DNA of 64,000 nt from Candidatus Anstonellales archaeon. GTDB taxonomy: Archaea > Micrarchaeota > Micrarchaeia > Anstonellales > J096. The stretch is from the NCBI GenBank assembly GCA_038890745.1, contig JAWAFD010000002.1, forward strand, positions 248,782 to 312,781. The letters are read 5' to 3'. This document shows, piece after piece, positions 29,699-39,366 of this stretch. The notes under the pieces were generated by a model. It saw only the letters and a program-made list of their open reading frames with translations, was not told the origin of the DNA and did not search any database. The number at the start of each line of letters is the position of its first letter. Position 1 is the first letter of the stretch. A program made the position numbers and the translations under genes.

Positions 29699-30239
29699 AC
29701 ACTATCCTCCTTATCTCCTCCTTTTTCATTTCTACAAGGGTTTCAAAAGAATAGTCCACCCTTACGCTTCCATCTCTGCTTTCAACTACGACCCCACCAA
29801 GTGAATCAAGGTCCTCTTTCACAACCCCCATCCCTCTAACAATTTTTCCGTCTCCTTTAGCTACATGGAGTACCATACTCCTTTTTCCCATCTCGGTCTC
29901 AGCTTTTTTCACAAGCCCTTTCAGAAAACTTTCATATGCGGCGCTTTTTCTATACCGTTTGAACCTATCTGCGAGCGCATCCATCACTTTTTTTACAACC
30001 TCATCCTTTGCCTCTTCTATCCTCCTTTTGCTTTCAAGCCTTGCCCACGCAATTCTTTCCTTCCTCTCCTCTTTTATAATTTCCTCTGCCTGCTTAAGCA
30101 CTTCCCTTTCCTTTTCTGCCCATTCCTTTTTGGCATGGGACAGGAGCTCTTCTACCTGCTTCTCAGCGTTCCTTATTTTTGCGTTAGCCTCTTTTTTAGC
30201 ATCGGCTAGCAGGGAAGAGCTCAGCTTTTCTATGGGCAT
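29667..30239 (-). CDS. atpE: A/V-type ATP synthase subunit E
   Basis: N-terminal coiled coil, GGVVV.S.DG...VD.SFE. Confidence 0.88.
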   Translation of the reverse strand: MPIEKLSSSLLADAKKEANAKIRNAEKQVEELLSHAKKEWAEKEREVLKQAEEIIKEERKERIAWARLESKRRIEEAKDEVVKKVMDALADRFKRYRKSAAYESFLKGLVKKAETEMGKRSMVLHVAKGDGKIVRGMGVVKEDLDSLGGVVVESRDGSVRVDYSFETLVEMKKEEIRRIVYAGVFERRRK

Positions 30240-30250
30240 CACACCACCGC

Positions 30251-30511
30251 TCAGTGCGCTCCGCCCATGTTCAATACCATCATTATTGCTATAACGAAGC
30301 TTAGAACAGCCATAGTTTCCGGAAGCGCGATCCAAATAAGCACGTTTCCGCCGAACTCAGGCCTTTCTGCTATCAGTCCCATAGAAGCTGCGCCGATACT
30401 CGCCTGACTCCATGCTGTTGCCAGACATCCCAAACCCATCACAATACCAGCCCCGATTGCTATCAACCCGCTAGCCGGTATTCCGGTTGCCAAAGTTCCT
30501 ACATCCGCCAT
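30251..30511 (-). CDS. atpK: A/V-type ATP synthase subunit K (c), single hairpin
   Basis: Two TM helices, AERPE loop, LPET ion-binding Glu. Confidence 0.93.
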   Translation of the reverse strand: MADVGTLATGIPASGLIAIGAGIVMGLGCLATAWSQASIGAASMGLIAERPEFGGNVLIWIALPETMAVLSFVIAIMMVLNMGGAH

Positions 30512-30522
30512 ACATTTTCACC

Positions 30523-32379
30523 TCATCTTTTTGTTTTTTGAGTATAAACTGCAAAGGGCTTAAAAGCCCTGCCCCCTCCCTCAAAAAATTTTGAACTAAA
30601 CTCAACCAAATTCAACCTTCCTCCTTGCACCAAGCTTTCGAACATCGCAAGCACAGCGTTTGCGAAGTGAAGGGCTATGAACAAAGGCAAAATGATTAAA
30701 TTAAGAAGCCCCGCCTCCAACGATGGAACGAAAAATTTATTTATTAATTCTGCAAGCACCACCCCTGCAACCCCAACAGCAGCGATCCTTGCATAACTCA
30801 ATATGTTTCCAAGAACCCCTGGAATCTCAAACATGCCAGCAACTCCCTCTGTTGCCGCAGTTGCACCAACTCCAAACGCAAGCATCGCAACCCCAACTTC
30901 TCCGAAAAACTGCGGAAGGAGCGGAAATAAGTAAGTTGTAATCGCGAGCAGCCCTCCATACATTGTTAGTATCCAACTTATTTTCCCTATCGCATGCTTT
31001 TTGCTGTGATGCCATTCCTTTATTGCTCCAAGCACAAACCCGATAGTTAAGTGAAACATTCCCATCAATATAGACGCCACAACTACATACGGAAGAAGCG
31101 CCATCCTATGGAATCCGTGATACAGAGGTTCAGAAATCCCAAGCCAGAATGCGTGGCTTGCCCCGAACCACTCATCAAAGATTACTCCCCATATTATTCC
31201 TCCTATCGCCGAAAATTCCCAAATTTTTGAAAACCAGTATACCGGGCCAGATGGCCATTTTTTCATCAAAAATCTTGCAAACCATATGGAAATCAGCGCA
31301 TACCCAACATCCCCTATTATCATTCCATACATTAAAGGAATTGTAAACGCAAATATTATGGATGGATCGAACTCCTTTCCCTTTGGAAGGGAGTAGAACT
31401 TTACAAGGAACTCAAACGGTTTTATAACCCCCGGATTGTCTAATAGGGTTGGTGGGTTTTTGCCTTCTATTTTTTCTATATGAATCCTATCTCCAAACAA
31501 ACCGTAAAGCCTCTTCTCCATCTCTGCAAACCTGCTCGCAACAATCCACCCTTCTATAACAACAATTTTTTTTGAGAAGCCAAAGCGCGCAGCAATCTCT
31601 GCCCTGTCAGCTGCAATCTTTAAGCTTTCTTTTGCAGTGACCACATCTTCATAATATTCTTCAGCAATCTTATTCAATGCTTTTTCTATCTCCGTTTTCT
31701 TATCCTTTATTTCCTCGAGCTCTTCCTTCCTCCTCTTGCTTTCTTCCTCGATTCCTGTTCTTGGAACTTCATAAACTCCTATTCCGTACTTTCCAAGAAT
31801 AATTGCCGGAGAACCGCCTTTTTCCACACCTATGATCCCAACAATATTCGGGCCACTCTTCTTTGTTTCAACAACTATGTTCTCAAAGGTTTGCTTCAGG
31901 TCGCTAATAATTTTTTTGAGTTGTTTTTTTGCGGTTTTTTCATCCAGCGCAAACATGAAAAAATCAAGGGAGCGCGGCAGGTCCTTTGTTTCAAAACCAG
32001 CCCTTACAAAAAGTTTTATCTCCTCCTCTTTCTCTTCAAGCATCTCCTTTCTTTTATCTAGCTCTTCCAATTCATTTTTCATTCGCGCAAGCTCATCATA
32101 AACCGGAGAAAGTTTTTCAACAATTTTTATGGCTTCTCTGTAATCAGCCCTTTTTCCCTCAACATATTTTTTCGGAAGCATGCTTTCCATCGCCCTTATC
32201 TTAACGAGAGCCTGCGAGATAACGCCGTGTGTTTCCAGAGGTTTTCTTGTTTTTAGTTCAGGATACTCCACCTGCTCCATTTCCATGATTCCCATTTCGT
32301 GCAGTTCTTCAATCAGCTTTCCGAGTACATTTGATGTTGCAAAAATTCTGACTTTCTGCATTTTTACAGGCTTGAGCAT
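30523..32379 (-). CDS. atpI: A/V-type ATP synthase subunit I (a)
   Basis: MLKP.KM, PPTLL.NP, GDVGY, LSYARI, RLN.VEF.SKFF.GGG..F.PF. Confidence 0.95.
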   Translation of the reverse strand: MLKPVKMQKVRIFATSNVLGKLIEELHEMGIMEMEQVEYPELKTRKPLETHGVISQALVKIRAMESMLPKKYVEGKRADYREAIKIVEKLSPVYDELARMKNELEELDKRKEMLEEKEEEIKLFVRAGFETKDLPRSLDFFMFALDEKTAKKQLKKIISDLKQTFENIVVETKKSGPNIVGIIGVEKGGSPAIILGKYGIGVYEVPRTGIEEESKRRKEELEEIKDKKTEIEKALNKIAEEYYEDVVTAKESLKIAADRAEIAARFGFSKKIVVIEGWIVASRFAEMEKRLYGLFGDRIHIEKIEGKNPPTLLDNPGVIKPFEFLVKFYSLPKGKEFDPSIIFAFTIPLMYGMIIGDVGYALISIWFARFLMKKWPSGPVYWFSKIWEFSAIGGIIWGVIFDEWFGASHAFWLGISEPLYHGFHRMALLPYVVVASILMGMFHLTIGFVLGAIKEWHHSKKHAIGKISWILTMYGGLLAITTYLFPLLPQFFGEVGVAMLAFGVGATAATEGVAGMFEIPGVLGNILSYARIAAVGVAGVVLAELINKFFVPSLEAGLLNLIILPLFIALHFANAVLAMFESLVQGGRLNLVEFSSKFFEGGGRAFKPFAVYTQKTKR

Positions 32380-32389
32380 TTCTCCACCC

Positions 32390-32713
32390 TCAGGTGCTTG
32401 TGAGCGCCCTGAAACATTCGTTTATTACTTTTTCGCTAACATTCGTTTTTCTTATCTTATTAGCCTCCGTTTCAGCCTTCTTCACTATTTCATCAACTTC
32501 TTTGTTAATCTCAGCCCGGGCCTCCTCCAATTTTTTCGCTTTTTTTGCCGCTATCCTCTCTTTGTATTTAATCTCTATTAGATTCATGCTTTCTATTGCC
32601 CTTCTTAGAATTTCCTCACTTTTCTTATCAGCTTCCTGAAGGATGGCATCAGATTTCTCCTCAGCTTCCTTCAGGTTTTTTATTACTTCTGAAAAGCTTT
32701 TCTCCTCACCCAT
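32390..32713 (-). CDS. atpH: A/V-type ATP synthase subunit H/G (peripheral stalk)
   Basis: Coiled-coil LKEAEEK.. protein first in the operon. Confidence 0.75.
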   Translation of the reverse strand: MGEEKSFSEVIKNLKEAEEKSDAILQEADKKSEEILRRAIESMNLIEIKYKERIAAKKAKKLEEARAEINKEVDEIVKKAETEANKIRKTNVSEKVINECFRALTST

Positions 32714-32804
32714 ATCCACCACGTAAGAAGGAATATTCCAAAGCAGGAAAGGTTTTTTAAACATTTCTTCACTCAAAACGAAAGCACAATCTAGTGTGAT
32801 TTTT

Positions 32805-33338
32805 ATGGGCGCGTATAAGTACATAAGAAAAACGTTTGAAAAGGAATACCAGGAAGGCACGTCTAATTCAATCTATAGACAGAAGATTATTTCATGGAGG
32901 CATGGGCCTTCCATCGTGCGGGTTGAAAAACCCACAAACATCGCAAGAGCAAGGGGTTTGGGGTACAAGGCAAAGAAAGGGATTTTTGTTGTGCGGGTAA
33001 GAATTGATAAAGGTTTAAGAAAGAGAAGGCAGCCTCATGCCGGAAGAAAGGCAAGGCACAACTACCGTTACGTCCAGCCCGATCTTAGCCATCAGGCCAT
33101 TGCAGAGCAGAGGGCAAACAGAAAATACCCAAACTGTGAGGTTTTAAACAGCTATTGGGTGGGTGAGGACGGCCAGAGCACGTTTTTTGAAGTAATTCTT
33201 GCGGATAGAAGCACAAAATTTGACCCATCAACAGAGAAAATGGTTTTGCATCGCGGGAGGGCATACCGCGGGTTAACATCCGCAGGAAAAAAATCCAGGC
33301 CTCTTGCGAAGGGAAGGAGAAAGCAGAGGAAGGCTTAA
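32805..33338 (+). CDS. rpl15e: 50S ribosomal protein L15e
   Basis: MGAYKY, RAR.LGYKAK.G, VLNSYWVGEDG, RGLTSAGKK. Confidence 0.96.
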   Translation: MGAYKYIRKTFEKEYQEGTSNSIYRQKIISWRHGPSIVRVEKPTNIARARGLGYKAKKGIFVVRVRIDKGLRKRRQPHAGRKARHNYRYVQPDLSHQAIAEQRANRKYPNCEVLNSYWVGEDGQSTFFEVILADRSTKFDPSTEKMVLHRGRAYRGLTSAGKKSRPLAKGRRKQRKA

Positions 33339-34213
33339 TTTTTTATCTCATTTTCTAGATTTTTTTCTGTGATCATTTCGTACAGCTTTAGATATCTCTC
33401 TTTTGTTTTTTCTACGATCTTTTTTGGAATCTTCGGAGGATTGTCCCTACTCCACTCTATCCCAAGCAGATAATTCCTGAAAAATTGTTTATCCATACTC
33501 TCCAGCTTCCCTTTTTCATACTCTTCTTTTAGCCAATATCTACTAGAATCCGGAGTAAATATTTCATCTATTAATATTATTCTATTCCTTAGATACCCAA
33601 ACTCAAATTTCGTGTCTGCAAGAATCAAGCCTTTTTTAAGCACATACTCATGCCCAAACCTGTAAAGCTTTAGCGAGTATTCCCTCAGCTTCTCCACAAC
33701 CTCATCCCCAAAAATCCTCTTTGCCTCTCCAACGCTTATGGTTACATCCTTATCCTGTTTTTTTATTGCAGGCGTAAATATTGGCTCATCCAACCTAGCA
33801 CCTTCTTTCAACCCTTCCCCAAGCTCGTACCCCCAAAGCTTTCCGCCTGTTTTTTTGTACTCCTTAAAAGCGCTTCCGGTTATGTACCCTCGCACAACGC
33901 ATTCAAGCTCTATGGGTTTTGTTTTCTTAACAACCATACTCCTGTACTTCAAAACTTCAGGAAGATTTTCAGGAAGGTTTGTAGTTATAAAATGGTTCTC
34001 AACTATGTTTTTTGTTTTTTCAAACCAGAATGCGGAGAGCATGTTCAGAACAATTCCCTTGTACGGAATTGGCGTGGGAAAAACAACATCAAACGCGCTT
34101 ATCCTGTCCGTTGCAACCATGAGCAGGTTTCCGTCAAAAAAGAATGTTTCTCTAACCTTTCCTTTTTTGAAAAGCTCTAATCCAATCTCCCCTACGGTAT
34201 AGATCGCTTTCAT
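33335..34213 (-). CDS. purC: SAICAR synthetase
   Basis: GKVRE, TDRISAFD, ECVVRGY, ADTKFEFG, DEIFTPDSSRYW. Confidence 0.95.
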   Translation of the reverse strand: MKAIYTVGEIGLELFKKGKVRETFFFDGNLLMVATDRISAFDVVFPTPIPYKGIVLNMLSAFWFEKTKNIVENHFITTNLPENLPEVLKYRSMVVKKTKPIELECVVRGYITGSAFKEYKKTGGKLWGYELGEGLKEGARLDEPIFTPAIKKQDKDVTISVGEAKRIFGDEVVEKLREYSLKLYRFGHEYVLKKGLILADTKFEFGYLRNRIILIDEIFTPDSSRYWLKEEYEKGKLESMDKQFFRNYLLGIEWSRDNPPKIPKKIVEKTKERYLKLYEMITEKNLENEIKN

Positions 34214-34307
34214 AGGGTTAGAACGTAGATAAGAGAATTTAAAAATTTATTTAAAAAGCAACATGTTTTACTCTGTTCAAATTATGGGGCGGTGATAGCC
34301 CTCATCA

Positions 34308-34326
34308 GGTGTAATTTTATTACACC
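34308..34326. promoter_or_regulatory. Perfect inverted repeat GGTGTAAT-TTT-ATTACACC (operator or hairpin) upstream of AbiEii-like gene
   Basis: 8-bp perfect arms, just upstream of a TTTAAATA box. Confidence 0.5.
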
Positions 34327-34369
34327 CTTTTGAAATGATTTAAATACTTTTCTATCAAAAATACAAAAT

Positions 34370-35020
34370 ATGCGCTTGGTGGAAATGAAGCACAACCTTG
34401 CCATAGAAACCGCTAAGCTTATATTTAGGAGTGGGTTAGATGTCGTTTTTATTGGCGGAACAGCACTTAATTCAGTATACTTGAATTACCGTTTTTCTGA
34501 AGACTTGGACTTTGGCTACACTGAAAAAAATAAAAAAGCCGACATAGAGAAAGTCCTCCGCAAAAGCGGTTATGTTGTAGAGCCAATGGCATTCAAATTC
34601 AGAGATCTGATTACATTTGAAGGGATATCAATTAAGATGGATGTTATTCTCTACGAGTTAAAATATGGTAGGTTTGTAGAAAGGATGCTTGGAGAAGTGC
34701 GGATAAAAACCCTTGATATTCCAGAATTTATCGTTGAGAAGACCATTGGCTTTCTTACAAGGGAAGAGATGGCGGGGATTGCGAGAGATGCGTACGATCT
34801 ATTCGCAATCCACAAAGAATACCATAATGTTTTCCATGTTGTCAGGAAGGCAGCTGCCGTTATAAAAAGGAAAGCAGATGTAATGGATCATAATATATAT
34901 TTTTTTCTTGGAAGGAAAAAGGAGGTGATAAGCGCACTAAGACCTTATCTAAAAAAAGAGGTTCAATACGACGATGTTGCAGATTTTGTAAAAAGACTTA
35001 AGGTGGTTTTGCATGACTGA
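34370..35020 (+). CDS. AbiEii/MenT-like nucleotidyltransferase toxin
   Basis: FIGGTAL...Y...RFSEDLDF, EK, RD.YDL motifs. Confidence 0.85.
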   Translation: MRLVEMKHNLAIETAKLIFRSGLDVVFIGGTALNSVYLNYRFSEDLDFGYTEKNKKADIEKVLRKSGYVVEPMAFKFRDLITFEGISIKMDVILYELKYGRFVERMLGEVRIKTLDIPEFIVEKTIGFLTREEMAGIARDAYDLFAIHKEYHNVFHVVRKAAAVIKRKADVMDHNIYFFLGRKKEVISALRPYLKKEVQYDDVADFVKRLKVVLHD

Positions 35021-35552
35021 TTTAATAGAAGGTCAGGTTTATAGGGTTTCAGACATACCAAATTTTAAAGAGCTTTACAGAAAGATGCAAATATTCCCAA
35101 CTCCGTTCAGAGGCATCTACTATTGTCCGTATAAAACTGAGAGAGAGGCATGGTACATAACCGACCCGCACAGGATCCTGTTTGATGCATCAAGGCTTTA
35201 CCTAAACTCTGAAGAGTACTATTTTGGACTGTACACCGCACTCTACTATTTGCGGATAATTTGGAATCCTTTTGGGACTGATATAATAAATAAAAAGTTC
35301 AGTAGGGTTGTAGAAAAAAAGATTCCAGAGGCCAGCTATTGGAGAGCAAAAAAATTGAAAAAAATACTTGAAAACTATCCTTCGCCAGTTCGGTTTCACA
35401 GAATAAAAGCTTTCTCTTTTGATGGGGTTTTGAGAAAAGGTAGGGTTGCTTTCTCAAACCTACCCAAGACCAAAAAAGATGCCCTTTATCTATGCAGAAA
35501 GGGAAACAGAGTTGCATGTGAAGTGTTGAAGCTTGCGAATGCAGTTAGATGA
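35013..35552 (+). CDS. Putative AbiEi-like antitoxin
   Basis: Overlaps the toxin stop; RGIYY and YYFGL.TALYY resemble AbiEi segments. Confidence 0.5.
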   Translation: MTDLIEGQVYRVSDIPNFKELYRKMQIFPTPFRGIYYCPYKTEREAWYITDPHRILFDASRLYLNSEEYYFGLYTALYYLRIIWNPFGTDIINKKFSRVVEKKIPEASYWRAKKLKKILENYPSPVRFHRIKAFSFDGVLRKGRVAFSNLPKTKKDALYLCRKGNRVACEVLKLANAVR

Positions 35553-35596
35553 AGAAAACTAATGGATTTTAAAATCATTCTTCTTTTACTATCAGC

Positions 35597-36229
35597 ATGA
35601 AGAAAATTATTCCCTTCTTTCTCTTCATAACACTCACTTTTTCTATTCAGATCTCTTCCATCTCATCAAAGGAGATAACGCTAAAAACAGGAGAGAATGC
35701 CACTCTTTCCATAGTAGTTGTGAACGACCGGCCGTATTCTATTGAATGCATTCTCAGTTACATAGGAAGCTTGGCTTATTATTCTCCCCCTAGAACTACC
35801 CTCAAACCTTATGAAACAAAAACATTTTACTTAACTCTTTCTGTCCCAGAAAATTATAGTGGTGAAAATCCGAGCAAGGGGTATGTTGTTGTGAGCGAAA
35901 AAACAGAAGGAATAGTAAGCTCAGCACTCCTAAACCAAATTACCGTAATCGTTCCGAATGCAGAAGAAAGAAAAGGAGAGGAGCTTGCAAACATCGCAGA
36001 GCAGATAAAAGCTTCATTAGAAAAGAGGATGGAGAACGAGAGCATAGTGGTTATCCCTTCTTTTTCCATCCATCCGCTCTCTCCTCAAACCTACCTTCTC
36101 CTCACATTTCCAAAAGTTCCCCGACCACAAACCTCACAATTCATTTTCTTCGCTCTTTCTTTTTTCATTACCTCATTTGCCATTTTTTTCATTTTCAACG
36201 AAATAGTAAAGGAGCATGGTAAGGTTTAG
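35597..36229 (+). CDS. Exported protein with beta-rich (Ig-like) domain and C-terminal TM anchor
   Basis: Signal peptide, L.P.ET..F.LTL.VP, C-terminal hydrophobic helix. Confidence 0.65.
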   Translation: MKKIIPFFLFITLTFSIQISSISSKEITLKTGENATLSIVVVNDRPYSIECILSYIGSLAYYSPPRTTLKPYETKTFYLTLSVPENYSGENPSKGYVVVSEKTEGIVSSALLNQITVIVPNAEERKGEELANIAEQIKASLEKRMENESIVVIPSFSIHPLSPQTYLLLTFPKVPRPQTSQFIFFALSFFITSFAIFFIFNEIVKEHGKV

Positions 36230-36281
36230 GTTTTCATAAGATTTTTAAGCGCTTATGTTTAACTAAACTTATACTGATAGT

Positions 36282-36977
36282 ATGGTATCCTTGGATAAAG
36301 CTATTATTGCAACATACGAGAAAGAAGGGGAAAAATTCGAGGTTTTCCTAGACCCTGATAAAACATATGATTATTTGGATGGAAAAAAGAAAGACCTTCA
36401 GGGCCTTCTTGTTGTTGAGGAGGTTTTCAAGAATGCAGCGAGGGCAGAGAGGCAGACTGCAGCCGCGATAAACAAGGCCTTTGGCACTACAGATATTTTG
36501 AAGGTATTAGAGACAATACTAACAAAAGGCCATGTTCAGCTTACAACAGAGCAAAGGAGAAAAATGATTGAGGAAAAGAAAAAGCGTGTCATGGATATAA
36601 TACTGAAAAATGCAATCGACCCTAGAACGAATGCACCCATCCCTCCTCAGAGGCTGGAGCTTGCGATGGAGCAGGTAAAAATACATTTTGACCCATTCAA
36701 ACCAGCAGAACAGCAGGCAGAGGAGGTAATAAAAGCTTTAAAAATTGTTCTGCCCATGAAATTTGAGAAGATAAGGATTGCTGTGAAGATCCCTTCTGAG
36801 TACGCTGTTCGGACCTACGGAACTCTAAAGAGTTTTGGAATTGTTGAGGAGCAGTGGCTCGGAAACGGTGATTTGATCGTTGTTGTTGAAATCCCCGGCG
36901 GAATGCAGGGAGATTTCATGGACAGGATAAATAAAGCAACTCATGGCAATGTTGAAACAAAAATACTACAAAAATGA
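36282..36977 (+). CDS. Ribosome maturation factor SBDS/SDO1
   Basis: GEKFEV, FGTTD, G.VQLT.EQRR, IDPRT..P.PP.R. Confidence 0.94.
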   Translation: MVSLDKAIIATYEKEGEKFEVFLDPDKTYDYLDGKKKDLQGLLVVEEVFKNAARAERQTAAAINKAFGTTDILKVLETILTKGHVQLTTEQRRKMIEEKKKRVMDIILKNAIDPRTNAPIPPQRLELAMEQVKIHFDPFKPAEQQAEEVIKALKIVLPMKFEKIRIAVKIPSEYAVRTYGTLKSFGIVEEQWLGNGDLIVVVEIPGGMQGDFMDRINKATHGNVETKILQK

Positions 36978-36998
36978 AATAGAAAATGAGGTGAGAAT

Positions 36999-37598
36999 TT
37001 GGTTTTTGTAATACCAGGGGATATGATATCAGATAAGCCCGAGCATTTCAAAAAGGGCACAGCATACATAAAAGACGGAAAGACATACGCGGCGGTTGTG
37101 GGGACTCTTGAAGAAGGGAAGTTTACGAGTTTAGAGAGCGTGTACATACCGATGCAGGATGACCCAATCGTGGGGATAGTGATAGACGAAAGACATGGGA
37201 ACTACACGGTTGATGCAAACATCGCGTTCCCGGTTCTTATTCTAGCAAAAAACATAGGTCGGGCGAGGTTTAAGCTGGGTGATTTCATTTCTGCGAAAAT
37301 ATACAGGATAGAAGGAGACGGAACTGTAATACTTGGGAATGTAAGACTTCTGAAGGGAGGAAAGGTGATAGATGTTCCTTCGGCGAAAGTCCCTAGGATA
37401 ATAGGAAAAAAGGGGAGCATGCTTTCCTTGATAAAGGAGAAAACTGGTGTTGAGATGTTCGTAGGTGCAAACGGCTACATATGGATAGGAGACAGAGGGA
37501 AGATAACAAAGGCCATAAAGGCGATAAAAACAATCGTGGCAAAGGCGCATCTTACAGGGCTTACGGATGAGATTTCAAAAATGCTGGAGAGTGGTTGA
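36999..37598 (+). CDS. rrp4: Exosome RNA-binding subunit Rrp4
   Basis: VIPGD, YIP...D, KVPRIIGKKGSM (KH), VG.NG.IW. Confidence 0.92.
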   Translation: MVFVIPGDMISDKPEHFKKGTAYIKDGKTYAAVVGTLEEGKFTSLESVYIPMQDDPIVGIVIDERHGNYTVDANIAFPVLILAKNIGRARFKLGDFISAKIYRIEGDGTVILGNVRLLKGGKVIDVPSAKVPRIIGKKGSMLSLIKEKTGVEMFVGANGYIWIGDRGKITKAIKAIKTIVAKAHLTGLTDEISKMLESG

Positions 37599-37599
37599 G

Positions 37600-38343
37600 A
37601 TGGAGAATAAAGAGATCGAGCTTATAGTGAATGGAAAAAGGTTGGATGGAAGAGGGCTTCATGACCTAAGACCCATAAAAATAAAGGTTGGGGTTCTGGA
37701 GGATGCTGATGGCTCTGCTTCTGTTGAATGGGGAGGAAACAAGGTTGTTGCGGGTGTGTACGGACCGAGTGAATGCATTCCAAAACATATAGAAAATCCT
37801 TACAAAGCAGTAGTAAAGTGTCAGTACATGATGTCAACATTCTGCTCGTTAGAAGAGCACGGAAGGATGGGTCCCAACAGGAGAAGCATAGAGATTTCCA
37901 AAGTCATAAGACAGGCGCTTGAGAACGTGATTATGGTTGAGCTATTCCCCCGTTCGCAGATAGAGGTTTATGCAATAGTCCTCCAGGCGGATGGAGGAAC
38001 AAGGATAAGCGCGCTCACGGCCGCGGTTGCAGCCCTCATTGATGCAGGCATTCCGCTTAGGGATAGTATCGTTGGCCTTTCTGTTGGAAAAGCCGGGGAT
38101 AAAATAATAGTCGACCTCGGGAAGATGGAGGATAATTTTGGTCAATCTGATGTACCGATTGCCTTTACGAGCCGAGATAAGGATATCCTGCTTCTGCAGA
38201 TGGATGGGCTACTTACAAAAGAGGAGCTAAGCAAGATGATAGACCTTGCTTTCAAAAAAGGCGATGATATAAATCAGCTCCTGAGAAGAGCTATTGAAGA
38301 GAAATACAGAGAAACCGTGAGTAAGAGATTGAGGATCGGGTGA
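37600..38343 (+). CDS. rrp41: Exosome subunit Rrp41
   Basis: RLDGR, ADGSA, RRSIEISKVI, QADGGTR. Confidence 0.94.
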   Translation: MENKEIELIVNGKRLDGRGLHDLRPIKIKVGVLEDADGSASVEWGGNKVVAGVYGPSECIPKHIENPYKAVVKCQYMMSTFCSLEEHGRMGPNRRSIEISKVIRQALENVIMVELFPRSQIEVYAIVLQADGGTRISALTAAVAALIDAGIPLRDSIVGLSVGKAGDKIIVDLGKMEDNFGQSDVPIAFTSRDKDILLLQMDGLLTKEELSKMIDLAFKKGDDINQLLRRAIEEKYRETVSKRLRIG

Positions 38344-38347
38344 TAGC

Positions 38348-39133
38348 ATGGGAGAAGAAAAAGATATTATAATGCACTCTATGAGAAAGTCTTACCTCCT
38401 TACCTTGCTCGCTAACGCAGAAAGGCTTGATGGAAGGGGGTTTTACGATTATAGGCCTATTGAATTGCATAAGGGAATCATAGAAACTGCCGAGGGTTCT
38501 GCGCTAGCTAAAATAGGAAGCACGCAAATCATTGCGGGGATAAAATTTGAGGTTACGGAACCTTTCCCAAGCGACCCGGACAAGGGCATTTTTGTAACAA
38601 ACGCAGAGCTTCTTCCGCTGGCAAGTTCTCGTTTCGAGCCAGGTCCTCCAGGAGAGGAGAGCATAGAATTTGCAAGGGTGGTTGACAGGGCGATAAGAAG
38701 CGCTGAGATAATTGATGTAGAATCATTTTTCATCGAGGAGGGGAAAGTTCTTGCATTATTCCTTGACCTATACGTTCTTGATTACGGCGGAAACATGGTT
38801 GATGCCGCAGGCCTTGCCGCGCTCGCAGCGCTCATGAACACAAAAATCCCAAAGGTTGAAAATGGTCAGATAATCCGTGGCGAGTATTCCGGAAACCTAA
38901 AAATAGATCGGCATCCTCTTCCAGTAAGCTTCTCAAAAATAAACACATACATACTTGTGGACCCCACGATAGAAGAAGAAAGCGCTTCTGATGCGGGCCT
39001 GACCGTTGCAACAACCGAAGAGCATGTGGCTGCGATCCAGAAGTTCGGCACAGGAGGGTTTAAAAAAGATGATGTGCTAAATTGTGTAGATATAGCATTC
39101 GAAAAAACAAAGGAGCTTAGAAAGTATTTATAG
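38348..39133 (+). CDS. rrp42: Exosome subunit Rrp42
   Basis: RLDGR, AEGSA, FEPGPP, ARVVDR.IR, VDPT.EEE. Confidence 0.94.
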   Translation: MGEEKDIIMHSMRKSYLLTLLANAERLDGRGFYDYRPIELHKGIIETAEGSALAKIGSTQIIAGIKFEVTEPFPSDPDKGIFVTNAELLPLASSRFEPGPPGEESIEFARVVDRAIRSAEIIDVESFFIEEGKVLALFLDLYVLDYGGNMVDAAGLAALAALMNTKIPKVENGQIIRGEYSGNLKIDRHPLPVSFSKINTYILVDPTIEEESASDAGLTVATTEEHVAAIQKFGTGGFKKDDVLNCVDIAFEKTKELRKYL

Positions 39134-39141
39134 GTGGGAAT

Positions 39142-39357
39142 ATGCTGAACACAAGCAGATATGGAAGAAAGGTGAGGAAAAACTATCTTGATGCTAAGAA
39201 GAAGCAGAGTGAACTTTACGAATGCCCGGTTTGCAGAAAGAAGAAAGTGAAGAGAGCGGGTTTTGCTGTTTGGGTATGCAGGAGTTGCGGGGCGAAGATC
39301 GCAGGAGGGGCTTATGCTCTTACAACCTCCGGAGCTGTTACAGAGGCAAAAAAGTGA
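39142..39357 (+). CDS. rpl37ae: 50S ribosomal protein L37Ae
   Basis: RYG...RK, CPVC...VKR, W.C.SCG...AGGAY. Confidence 0.93.
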   Translation: MLNTSRYGRKVRKNYLDAKKKQSELYECPVCRKKKVKRAGFAVWVCRSCGAKIAGGAYALTTSGAVTEAKK

Positions 39358-39366
39358 GGTGGGAAC

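Noticed and set aside
34213..35597. Integrated mobile element around the AbiE-like pair
   Set aside because: No integrase, transposase, terminal repeats or flanking direct repeats were seen.
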